A stretch of DNA of 43,318 bases, from the NCBI GenBank assembly GCA_964600985.1, contig CAZRJR010000001.1:1-43318 (forward strand), written 5' to 3'. Each line of letters starts with the position of its first letter. The stretch's first letter is position 1. Below, one piece after another: positions 18,155-26,326 of this stretch. Source of the DNA: an uncultured Candidatus Saccharibacteria bacterium (GTDB taxonomy: Bacteria; Patescibacteriota; Saccharimonadia; CAILAD01; JADZBC01). The translations under genes were made by a program, and so were the position numbers. The notes beneath the pieces are model-generated. The model saw only the letters and a list, made by a program, of their open reading frames with translations, did no database searches and was not told the DNA's origin.

Positions 18155-19058
18155 ACGAGATTATTACGAGGTATTAGGGGTGTCAAAGTCGGCTAGCGCC
18201 GATGAAATCAAGCGTGCCTTTCGCAAAAAGGCGGTAGAGCTCCACCCCGATCGCGGCGGAGACGAAGAGAAGTTCAAGGAAGTTAACGAAGCCTACGAGG
18301 TACTGAAGGATGAGAAGAAAAAGGCCGCCTACGACCAGTTTGGTCATGCTGCCAATGCTCAGCAGGCAGGTGGCGGTGGTTACCAGGGCAATCCATTTGG
18401 CGGCGGCCAAGGCTTCGAAGGCTTTGACTTCTCGCAGTTTAGTGGTGGCGGAGGCTTCGGTGGGTTCGAGGACTTGTTCAGCGCCTTCTTTACTGGTGCG
18501 CAGAATCGTCCTCGGGACGTTGAAATTGCGATGACTATAGATTTTAAGGAAGCGATCTTTGGCGCTGAAAAGGAAATCACGCTGCGTGTAGCTGATAATC
18601 AAAAAGGCGAGCGCAAGCAGGAGTCGGTAAAGGTCAAAATCCCTGCCGGTATAGACGACGGCCAATCAATTCGCCTGAGTGGCAAGGGCGAAGTAAGCGC
18701 CAACGGCGCTAAGGGCGACCTATATGTCCATATACGGGTACGACCAGATCATAACTTTGAACGTCAAGGCTCACACATTGTGTCCCACATAAAAGTCGAC
18801 ATGGTGGACGCTGCGCTTGGTACTACGGCCGAGGTGAACACACTCGATGGCAAAGTGAAGGTCAAGATCCCGGCTGGTTCACAGCATGGCAAAGTACTCA
18901 AGCTAAGTGGTAAGGGCGTACCTATAGTACACAGTACCCGCCGGGGTGATCATTTAATCGAGGTGCTTGTAGAGGTACCTCACAAGCTAAGCAGTAAGCA
19001 AAAGAAGCTACTCGAAGAATACCGCGCCACTGAGGGCAAAAAGAAGCTCTGGCACTAG
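18147..19058 (+). CDS. dnaJ: J-domain co-chaperone, class B/CbpA-like (no zinc-finger domain)
   Basis: The J domain is [12 protein letters not shown], followed by a G/F-rich linker and C-terminal substrate-binding domains. The 303-aa product contains no cysteine at all. Confidence 0.85.
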   Translation: MNKRDYYEVLGVSKSASADEIKRAFRKKAVELHPDRGGDEEKFKEVNEAYEVLKDEKKKAAYDQFGHAANAQQAGGGGYQGNPFGGGQGFEGFDFSQFSGGGGFGGFEDLFSAFFTGAQNRPRDVEIAMTIDFKEAIFGAEKEITLRVADNQKGERKQESVKVKIPAGIDDGQSIRLSGKGEVSANGAKGDLYVHIRVRPDHNFERQGSHIVSHIKVDMVDAALGTTAEVNTLDGKVKVKIPAGSQHGKVLKLSGKGVPIVHSTRRGDHLIEVLVEVPHKLSSKQKKLLEEYRATEGKKKLWH

Positions 19059-19116
19059 CTACTTGCGGGAGTTTACGCCCGAGCGCTATACTTAAAGCAT
19101 AAACGGTAAGCTGTCT

Positions 19117-19617
19117 GTGCCCCACTTAAACCTAAGCTTTAATATGATGATACTCGCTAGTTTAGGCGCTGGCTTGGTGCTGGCATTCGTGGCTGGCGAG
19201 GGTAGAGTAAAGAAGCTAGCAACCGGGAGCTTGGTCGGGTTTTTGGTAGCTACGCAGTTAGGAGAGTTGGTGCACGCTCAGCTGGCCAAAGTAAGCTTTA
19301 TGCCAGATTGGAGCTTGGCTACGGTTCAGCTCGTACTATTTGCTGTAGGTACCTTACTCTTTAACTTGGGCAAGGTGCACCATGTGGAGGGGCGGCAACG
19401 AGTAAATGCTGTGTCAATTGCTGTGGCGGTTATTACCATGGCGTTTATATTTGCTTCTGTTTTAGGATTCTTGACCGACTCTACGCGCGCGAGGCTGCTG
19501 AACGACTACAACCTTGCCGCTATGCTCTACAACTGGCATTTGGTACTCTTAGGCCTCACCGCAGCAGGTCTCATAATCCTCGAGATCATGGGTGCGAACA
19601 CCAAGAAGCCTCGATAA
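19117..19617 (+). CDS. Hypothetical membrane protein
   Basis: It has 4-5 hydrophobic segments. The start is uncertain (GTG 19117 or ATG 19144). Confidence 0.45.
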   Translation: MPHLNLSFNMMILASLGAGLVLAFVAGEGRVKKLATGSLVGFLVATQLGELVHAQLAKVSFMPDWSLATVQLVLFAVGTLLFNLGKVHHVEGRQRVNAVSIAVAVITMAFIFASVLGFLTDSTRARLLNDYNLAAMLYNWHLVLLGLTAAGLIILEIMGANTKKPR

Positions 19618-19640
19618 TAATTACTTCAAATCTAAAACCA

Positions 19641-19669
19641 TTGAACATAACCTCCTCATATTATATAAT
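19641..19669 (+). promoter_or_regulatory. Sigma70-like promoter TTGAAC-N17-TATAAT
   Basis: The hexamers lie at 19641-19646 and 19664-19669, in an AT-rich spacer ahead of the ATP-grasp block. Confidence 0.5.
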
Positions 19670-19704
19670 ATGTAATCTACGGGTGATTTAATAAGGATAG
19701 TAGT

Positions 19705-22008
19705 TTGGAAAATGAAGTTACAATAATCTCTAAAAAAGAATCAGGCTGGCACGTCGACCAGTTAATTCAGTCTGCCAACAAGTATGGCCTGAAGGCTAAT
19801 GTAATGAACTTTGAGAATGCCAATATGCTTAGAGGTGACTTGTCAGAGATTGGGGATATTGTTATTTGGAGGGCCTCTTCTTTAGACACTCAGTCAGAAA
19901 GAACCGCTGTGGGCACATTGCTTCGTGGTCGCCATCTAATTAACCGCACCATCTTCACCGCACCATATACGCCCTATAAATATTATCAGCAAATAGCGGC
20001 CTCTAAGCCCACTAAAATTAAAGACATACCGACCTATCGCTACAAGACATTGGCAGCTTTGGAAGCGGCTCTAAATGAGGGTGTATTAAGCTATCCGTTT
20101 ATTGCCAAGCCCAACCTTGGATCGCAGGGTAAGGGCGTGCTCCTAGTTGAGCAGGCGTCCCAACTTAATGAGCTTTCTGATAGGATGGAGAGCTATATCT
20201 TTCAGAATTTCATCAAGAACGATGGTGATTGGCGGGCAATTGTCGTAGGGGGTAGAGTTCTTGGAGTTATAAAAAGAAAGTCTAGTGGCGGAAGCCATCT
20301 TAATAACATATCTCAAGGTGGAACCGCTAGCTTGGAAACCGATCAAAAGGCATTACTTAAAATCTCAAAACTAGCGCTTTATGTGGCATCTTTTTTTGAC
20401 TATACCTACTGCGGCGTAGATATTATTCAAGATGCAGAGACGGGCAAATACTACTTTTTAGAGGTAAACTCTGCTCCTGAGTGGGATGGCGAACAAGGCT
20501 TTCAGGCAATCACTGGTGTTAACGTGGCGGATGAACTTATGCAGCATTGTGCGAGGTTGCTTACTCGAAGCTCTAAGCCAACTACAGAGCTTGTTCGGGA
20601 GTACTATGACGCCAATATTGATCGACTAATTGATAAGGACTTCCATTACTGTTCCAGGATGTATCTCTGGACCGGAGAACAAGAATACAAGCAAGTTCTA
20701 GATGAACTTCAACAAGATTACATTGGGCTGGACGGCGCTAGTACTAAAAAGATTGTAGAATCTATTATCATACCTAGAAAAGGTAGCTATACTACGCCGG
20801 ACGCAAATCGGCAGGAATATTTTAGCAAATATCCCAAGCTAAGAAGCTACAATAGTATTCTCTTTAAAGTGTTGTTCGCAGAAACGATTTATGGACGAGA
20901 CATTAGGCCGATTGTTCGTAAGTTGGTTCCAGATCAGGAGTTTATTGGGCTCTATAACGCTCTTAGGAATGACAAACGGGCTGTGATGGTATTATCAACT
21001 CACGCTATTAATTATTTCTATAACCTTGCTCACTACTTTAGCGGTATCAAGGGGTGTGAAGATCTTATTAATCTGGACCCTGATTATTATTTGCAATTGG
21101 CTCAGGGCTACGACCAAGATATGGATGGCATAGGTATCGATAGAGTAAGAAAATACCAGGTTTATTTACTGACACATGCGGTTATTGGTGCGTCCAAATT
21201 CTACTCGCGACGCGTAACGGGCTCGGTTTATGTGGAGATGATGCGACTAGGTGAGCAAGTAATTGAAGAGTCATACACTAAGGTTTCACTTGATAACAAG
21301 TTGGAGTATTTGGTTTGCGCTAAGCTCTGCGGCTATAAGTCTTCGTTAGAAACGCTTATTCTAGGAGAGGCAGCAGCCTCACTGTCCTACACCGGAAATT
21401 TCATTATCGATACTCTTAACGAAACCAGAACATCCATGAGCACGAGCAATAATATATGCACATCGGAGCACCGCAACGTCCTGTACTTAATGGCCACTCG
21501 GCCCTATATAGGCAGCAGCCAGGAGCCTCAGCCAAACATATTGCCACAGGTAGGCTCTTTAACGAAGTCTGGTTTCGATCTGACCGAGATTGGGAGAAAA
21601 GCCTTCATTAATATACCCGATGCTGGGCTACAAGAAGTGTTGGTTCGTGTAGACACAGGGGCATATTATAGTACTATCGATGCTCACGATATTCGTGTAA
21701 TCTCGGACAAGGAAGGGCAGTCTAAACAGCTCTCATTTACCATTAGAGGGTCTTCTAAGCCAATCATCACTTCGGAATTTAAGCAGGTGAATGTTAGAAG
21801 TACTACTGGAGAACAAGACAAACGTTATATAGTGATGTTAACGATTGAACACCAGGGGGTGGCTTACAAGACGGCCTTTAGCTTAGCCGATCGATCCATG
21901 ATGCGGTTCTCGGGCTTACTTGGCAGAAGGTTTCTAAAAAGAGGCTTCTTGGTCAATCCAGCTAAAAATATCATTAACAGCACCAAGCATAAGGGAGAAG
22001 GCGTATGA
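19705..22008 (+). CDS. Fusion protein: RimK-like ATP-grasp ligase + unknown middle region + RimB/PF05618-like retropepsin-type (DTGA) domain
   Basis: An AAGGA SD lies 8 nt before the TTG start. ATP-grasp motifs are KPNLGSQGKGV, QNFI, DWRAIVVGGRVLG, NISQGGTA and YFLEVNSAPE. The C-terminus has VRVDTGAYYS...LLGRRFLKRGFLVNP (nt 21589-22008). Confidence 0.7.
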   Translation: MENEVTIISKKESGWHVDQLIQSANKYGLKANVMNFENANMLRGDLSEIGDIVIWRASSLDTQSERTAVGTLLRGRHLINRTIFTAPYTPYKYYQQIAASKPTKIKDIPTYRYKTLAALEAALNEGVLSYPFIAKPNLGSQGKGVLLVEQASQLNELSDRMESYIFQNFIKNDGDWRAIVVGGRVLGVIKRKSSGGSHLNNISQGGTASLETDQKALLKISKLALYVASFFDYTYCGVDIIQDAETGKYYFLEVNSAPEWDGEQGFQAITGVNVADELMQHCARLLTRSSKPTTELVREYYDANIDRLIDKDFHYCSRMYLWTGEQEYKQVLDELQQDYIGLDGASTKKIVESIIIPRKGSYTTPDANRQEYFSKYPKLRSYNSILFKVLFAETIYGRDIRPIVRKLVPDQEFIGLYNALRNDKRAVMVLSTHAINYFYNLAHYFSGIKGCEDLINLDPDYYLQLAQGYDQDMDGIGIDRVRKYQVYLLTHAVIGASKFYSRRVTGSVYVEMMRLGEQVIEESYTKVSLDNKLEYLVCAKLCGYKSSLETLILGEAAASLSYTGNFIIDTLNETRTSMSTSNNICTSEHRNVLYLMATRPYIGSSQEPQPNILPQVGSLTKSGFDLTEIGRKAFINIPDAGLQEVLVRVDTGAYYSTIDAHDIRVISDKEGQSKQLSFTIRGSSKPIITSEFKQVNVRSTTGEQDKRYIVMLTIEHQGVAYKTAFSLADRSMMRFSGLLGRRFLKRGFLVNPAKNIINSTKHKGEGV

Positions 22009-22910
22009 AGATAGCAGTGTTATCAATCGGACCTGGTAACTATACTACCAAACGGCTCATGGAAGCTATTGAGCAGCGTGGCCATGAGGGGGTGCGCATT
22101 AGTTATAAAGAGGCCTATATGAAGATCGAGTCCAATCATACAAGCGTGCACGCTGACGGCTCGATGGTACAAGACGTGAATGCAATCATTCCACGAATCG
22201 CGGCTTCTTATACATCATATGGTGCGGCGGTGGTACGGCAGTTTGAAATGGGTCGTGTGTATAGCTCAGTATCTTCCCTCGCGCTGGTCCGATCACGGGA
22301 TAAGTTACGTAGCATGCAATTACTAGCTCGTGCTGGTATTGGTATTCCAAAGACGGTGTTCGCAAATGCCGCAACCGATTCTGATAGTCTTTTAGAATTA
22401 ATAGGTGGCTCACCGGCAGTTGTTAAGCTTGTTTCCAGCACGCATGGCAAAGGAGTAGTGTTGGCTGAAACTAAGAAAGCAGCTAAATCGGTGATCGAAG
22501 CCTTTAACTCCCTGGGTGCAAACTTTATTGTCCAAGAATTTATCGAGGAGGCTAATGGGGCTGACATCAGGGCTATAGTGGTGGGAGACAAGGTGGTTGG
22601 GGCTATGTTGCGCCAGGGGGCCGATGGCGAGTTTAGAAGTAATTTGCATCGTGGTGGTAGCTCGTCGCCGGTTGAGCTTACGCGCAAAGAACAGAACCTA
22701 GCAGTTAAGGCGGCTAAAACCCTTGGCCTGGCTATAGCGGGGGTGGATATTCTGCGTTCCAAGCGCGGCCCACTTATTTTGGAGGTTAATTCTTCACCAG
22801 GAATCCAAGGAACAGAGCGTGAAACCGGCTTTGACGTAGCTGGTGCCATGATTGACTTCGTGGTAGAGAAGGCTGGTGGTAAGAGGCGCAAAGATCGTAT
22901 TGGTGCTTAA
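22005..22910 (+). CDS. rimK: RimK-family alpha-L-glutamate ligase (ATP-grasp)
   Basis: It encodes 301 aa. Motifs are VVKLVSSTHGKGVVL, VQEFIEEANGADIRAIVVG, RSNLHRGG and ILEVNSSPG. It overlaps the upstream stop with ATGA. Confidence 0.85.
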   Translation: MKIAVLSIGPGNYTTKRLMEAIEQRGHEGVRISYKEAYMKIESNHTSVHADGSMVQDVNAIIPRIAASYTSYGAAVVRQFEMGRVYSSVSSLALVRSRDKLRSMQLLARAGIGIPKTVFANAATDSDSLLELIGGSPAVVKLVSSTHGKGVVLAETKKAAKSVIEAFNSLGANFIVQEFIEEANGADIRAIVVGDKVVGAMLRQGADGEFRSNLHRGGSSSPVELTRKEQNLAVKAAKTLGLAIAGVDILRSKRGPLILEVNSSPGIQGTERETGFDVAGAMIDFVVEKAGGKRRKDRIGA

Positions 22911-22921
22911 ATAATAAGAAG

Positions 22922-22950
22922 TTTACTGCTCTTAGCATAAGTACTATGAT
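22922..22950 (+). promoter_or_regulatory. Promoter TTTACT-N17-TATGAT, 6 nt before ATG 22957 (leaderless layout)
   Basis: The hexamers lie at 22922-22927 and 22945-22950. No SD is present. Confidence 0.45.
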
Positions 22951-22956
22951 GTATTT

Positions 22957-24147
22957 ATGACAGAGCCCAATTATGATGCTAGTTCAATACTGAGTTTTTC
23001 AGACAAGAATACTGACAAATCAATCAAGGGCGAAGGTTATCGTAGGGTTGTTGAAGAACTTGAGGGTCAAGGGGTGGAGCCGCTGGTGACACGGGGCCAG
23101 CTTGAACAGCACGACATAGAGAGTGGCTTAGTACAACCCGGAGTATTAAGAGTGGTTGAGATGGATGGCGAAAGAAGGCTTACCACGGAACCTCTATCTG
23201 TCGATAGAGAGCTGGGAGCCACTTCTGTACGGGCTTATTACTCTAAGCTTGCAGAAGGCGTTGAGCTTACTGGAGCCCATGTTATTAACACCGTTCGTGT
23301 TCGGGAGTTGGACAAAAAGACGGAAGCTTACCGGCTCATTCATCAGTATCAGCCAGGGACACAGTTGGTCCAGCCAAATGCATTTGGTGAGCAAGTGGCG
23401 ACTATGCGCACAGACAGAGTGGTACTCAAGCCCGTCAAAAGTGCTGATAGTAGAGGGCTTGTTATTCTGACAAAAGATGACTTGTATGATCCTACTAAGT
23501 TTGCTCTCAGCCACGATGAAGATGGTGGCTTGTCGCTCATTGGGCTTGATGGCTCACTTACTATAGATTTAACTGCAGGCGAGGGCTACCTTTTGCAGGA
23601 GATGATTGATACTACCAAACCGTATCCGTCGGGTATCAAAATCATTTCCGCTTGCCAGCAAGAATATGAAGCAAAAAAACAGTACCCAAAGGAAGTGCGC
23701 CTTATGGTCTATTGGGACAAAACGCGTGCTGATAAGCAACTCATAATACCTTATGGACGCATATTTACTCCACTTACAGGAGAAAGCGTTCGCACGAAGG
23801 CCAATCACGACGACGATTGGTTGCTACTGGATATTCAAAACGGCCTCCCTCATGATTTAGATGGCCTAGCTGCCGATGTAGTGGCTAGGATACTGGATTA
23901 CGGGCACGTAGATTACCTGCATGGTGCAATTGACGTCGCCTGGGATGGCAATAGGTGGTACGTAATGGAGCTCAATATGTGGTTTCCGGCGCCTCCATCT
24001 TATAAGCTTGCTGAATCACACGGGGTAGTGGAGCTAGCCGATATCCATCGCAGGGAGATGGCTAGTTTATTGGCCAATAGCGCCAAAGATGCCAAAGCAA
24101 AGCATGGTCAGATGCCTCAATACCCAGATTTAAATGTAGAGCATTAA
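22957..24147 (+). CDS. Divergent ATP-grasp-like protein (396 aa)
   Basis: VVLKPVKSADSRGLVI, YLLQEMID, VRLMVYWD and DVAWDGNRWYVMELNMWFP occur in the expected ATP-grasp order. Confidence 0.55.
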   Translation: MTEPNYDASSILSFSDKNTDKSIKGEGYRRVVEELEGQGVEPLVTRGQLEQHDIESGLVQPGVLRVVEMDGERRLTTEPLSVDRELGATSVRAYYSKLAEGVELTGAHVINTVRVRELDKKTEAYRLIHQYQPGTQLVQPNAFGEQVATMRTDRVVLKPVKSADSRGLVILTKDDLYDPTKFALSHDEDGGLSLIGLDGSLTIDLTAGEGYLLQEMIDTTKPYPSGIKIISACQQEYEAKKQYPKEVRLMVYWDKTRADKQLIIPYGRIFTPLTGESVRTKANHDDDWLLLDIQNGLPHDLDGLAADVVARILDYGHVDYLHGAIDVAWDGNRWYVMELNMWFPAPPSYKLAESHGVVELADIHRREMASLLANSAKDAKAKHGQMPQYPDLNVEH

Positions 24148-24177
24148 TTGACTCTTAGCCTCAATCTGGCATAAAAT
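24148..24177 (+). promoter_or_regulatory. tRNA-Lys promoter TTGACT-N18-TAAAAT
   Basis: The hexamers lie at 24148-24153 and 24172-24177. Confidence 0.45.
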
Positions 24178-24208
24178 ATACAAGTTCAAAGCCCCACAAA
24201 AACTTCGT

Positions 24209-24285
24209 GGGCCTGTAGCTCAGCTGGTTAGAGCACCTGCCTTTTAAGCAGGGTGTCATGGGTTCGAGTCCCATCAGGCCCTCCA
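24209..24285 (+). tRNA. tRNA-Lys (anticodon TTT), CCA encoded
   Basis: The cloverleaf reads GGGCCTG/TA/GCTC-AGCTGGTTA-GAGC/A/CCTGC-CTTTTAA-GCAGG/GTGTC/ATGGG-TTCGAGT-CCCAT/CAGGCCC/T/CCA. Confidence 0.95.
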
Positions 24286-24293
24286 ATGAAAGT

Positions 24294-24316
24294 GCCTCGC
24301 GTTAGTGAGGCTTTTT
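24294..24316 (+). terminator. Intrinsic terminator after tRNA-Lys
   Basis: The hairpin GCCTC-gcgttagt-GAGGC is followed by TTTTT. Confidence 0.6.
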
Positions 24317-24345
24317 CATTGGACGAGTGAACTCAAGCCCATGAC

Positions 24346-24456
24346 GTAGCTGCAAAGCAGGTGCCAGTCATGAGTTCGATAACAACGAACGCGCGCAGGA
24401 ATGTATTTCGAGCACGTGAGGAAGTTATACACTTAGTAGTCCCATCGGGCCCTCCA
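24346..24456 (+). pseudogene. Decayed partial copy of tRNA-Lys (interrupted)
   Basis: AAGCAGGTGCCAGTCATGAGTTCGA (24355-24379) matches the anticodon-stem/T-arm region of the tRNA. GTCCCATCGGGCCCTCCA (24439-24456) matches the tRNA 3' end (24268-24285) at 17/18 positions. About 60 nt of unrelated sequence lies between the two pieces. Confidence 0.6.
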
Positions 24457-24470
24457 TTCCTGACTCCTTT

Positions 24471-24492
24471 AAGACGCGAAAGCGTCTTTTTG
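24471..24492 (+). terminator. Intrinsic terminator
   Basis: The hairpin AAGACGC-gaaa-GCGTCTT is followed by TTTG. Confidence 0.6.
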
Positions 24493-24505
24493 TTATACTT
24501 AAGCC

Positions 24506-25051
24506 ATGAAGTCGAGAAGAGAAAATAATTCTGGGTGGCTTTGGCTTGCTTTACTGATTGTTGCAATTGTAATTACAGGCATCAGTTATTTAGCTTTCTG
24601 GCCAAAGAGTAAAAAAAGTCAAACAGCTGCTAATAAAGATACCAAATTAGAACAGCCCTCGGCTCAACCCGAAGTAAAAGCCAATGAGGCTCCTACAGGA
24701 ACTGTTATTAAGACTGGCAATAGTCAATATGGCCCGATGCTTTTTGATAGCAGGGGACAGGCGATATACATCTGGCAGTTAGAAGATTCATCAACGGCTG
24801 AATGTTATGGCAACTGTGCCGAAGAATGGCCGCCCGTACTTACCAATGGTACACCAATTGCAGCCGGCGATGTAAAGAGTGAATTACTTGCAACTACCAC
24901 GCGCACCGATGGTGCTACTCAGGTGACCTATAATGGCCATCCGCTATACTTTTATGCGCACGAAGGAGTGGGTCAAGTCGAGTGTCATAATGTCAAAACG
25001 CACGGCGGTTTGTGGTGGGTAATTCAACCAAATGGTATGCGCGCACCGTGA
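24506..25051 (+). CDS. Secreted/lipoprotein, COG4315-type (PF03640 'secreted repeat') family
   Basis: It has an N-terminal TM/signal segment. Two repeats are present: YGPMLFDSRGQAIYIWQLED...CYGNCAEEWPP and ATQVTYNGHPLYFYAHEG. An extended -10 (TGTTATACT) ends 6 nt before the ATG. Confidence 0.7.
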   Translation: MKSRRENNSGWLWLALLIVAIVITGISYLAFWPKSKKSQTAANKDTKLEQPSAQPEVKANEAPTGTVIKTGNSQYGPMLFDSRGQAIYIWQLEDSSTAECYGNCAEEWPPVLTNGTPIAAGDVKSELLATTTRTDGATQVTYNGHPLYFYAHEGVGQVECHNVKTHGGLWWVIQPNGMRAP

Positions 25052-25175
25052 TAGTGGGCTATCGATAGAGCCTATCGGCACGAAGGTAGCTTCACCGCAG
25101 CTCATGGTGGTCATCTATATCCCCTTTACTTAAAGACTCCTTCTCGGGAGACCTTATGGTTGGTATGATTAAGCA

Positions 25176-25823
25176 ATGAATGCGAACTACAAAAAAGCAT
25201 TACAAGAGCTCAATAAGACAGTAGATGGGGTTGGGCTGGGTGTAGATTCCGGCATTAAACACAGTGTAGCTGCCTTTAATTCGGTTGGCTTTAAAACCTC
25301 TGCTTCTTGCGAAGGCCACACTGATCACGGCCATCCATTTCCGTGGGTTGATTTTGGTACGAGTGATTTTGCAGGCGAACTAGAGCAGCCGCCAGCTTTT
25401 CTAGGATCTTTTGTGGCAGACCTTCATCAGTTCACTATAGACCACGATATAGAAGCAGACTTTGGGCTCCATGCATACATAGATAAGGATGATAAACGAT
25501 ACGTTATTGTGTCCGGGTCGGATGGCCATAGGCGACTTTATTTGGAGGATGTAAGTAAGAATGCCGCCGAACTAATTGAGCAAGTAAACAAAACTCAGGC
25601 CGAGAAGATGCTGGGCATACTACAAGAATTCTACGCCAGCAACCCCACTCCTTATGGCCCAATGCTATCAATGCAGTTTCGGGCTGACTATATGTTTCGA
25701 TTGCAGCCTAATGATGCCGAAGTTATGGCGGGCTTACCGGCATCAAAAAGAACACAGAAGCACACAGAATATCTCGATCACTTTAATAAACTTGCAGATT
25801 ATTTACTAGTAAAGTTTTCGTAA
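25176..25823 (+). CDS. Hypothetical protein (215 aa), CEGHTDHGH motif
   Basis: This is a clean ORF. An extended -10 (TGGTATGAT) ends 6 nt before the ATG. No family was recognised. Confidence 0.5.
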   Translation: MNANYKKALQELNKTVDGVGLGVDSGIKHSVAAFNSVGFKTSASCEGHTDHGHPFPWVDFGTSDFAGELEQPPAFLGSFVADLHQFTIDHDIEADFGLHAYIDKDDKRYVIVSGSDGHRRLYLEDVSKNAAELIEQVNKTQAEKMLGILQEFYASNPTPYGPMLSMQFRADYMFRLQPNDAEVMAGLPASKRTQKHTEYLDHFNKLADYLLVKFS

Positions 25824-25900
25824 CTTTCACAGGGGCCCTCTAAGTTAAGAGCTCGACTTCGTGCCAGGCTTTTACTTGGCAAGTTTGGTATACTCAAATC

Positions 25901-26326
25901 ATGAAGAACCAATGGCGATATAGTCATACCGAAACCACTAAGGCCGAACCTGCTGCTATTTGGCAACGCTGGACTAATGTGGCCGGCTGGCCGAAGGAAG
26001 ACCAGAATCTTGAGAAGGCTGAACTGGTTGGTGAGTTTAAAGTAGGTAATACGATCGCAATCAAGCCTAAGGGCTCACCAAAGTCCAGAGTAGTTATTAC
26101 TGAAGTTACGCCAAATCAATCATTTGCGACCCAGGGTAGCATTCCACTTGGTAAACTCATCGTTGCTCACAAGGTAGAGAAAGGTGGAGCGCAAACAAAC
26201 TTTACCCACACCATTACTGTGACGGGTCCATTACGCAAGTTGTTTGTGAAGATGGTGGTACAAAAGTTGGCTAATGATTTACCCCAGAAGATGCAAAACA
26301 TTGCTCGCCTAGCTGAAGAACTATGA
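25901..26326 (+). CDS. SRPBCC (START/polyketide-cyclase-like) family protein
   Basis: It encodes 141 aa. AEPAAIWQRWTNVAGWPKE is typical of SRPBCC N-termini. An extended -10 (TGGTATACT) ends 6 nt before the ATG. Confidence 0.6.
   Translation: MKNQWRYSHTETTKAEPAAIWQRWTNVAGWPKEDQNLEKAELVGEFKVGNTIAIKPKGSPKSRVVITEVTPNQSFATQGSIPLGKLIVAHKVEKGGAQTNFTHTITVTGPLRKLFVKMVVQKLANDLPQKMQNIARLAEEL

Noticed and set aside
22208-22891. A 227-aa antisense ORF inside rimK.
   Set aside because: It is fully nested opposite a motif-rich RimK frame. It shows no start signals, and its composition is biased toward S/P/A/R.
24333-24566. A 77-aa minus-strand ORF across the pseudo-tRNA region.
   Set aside because: It covers the decayed tRNA copy, a terminator, and the start of the gene at 24506 on the other strand. 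It has no expression signals.
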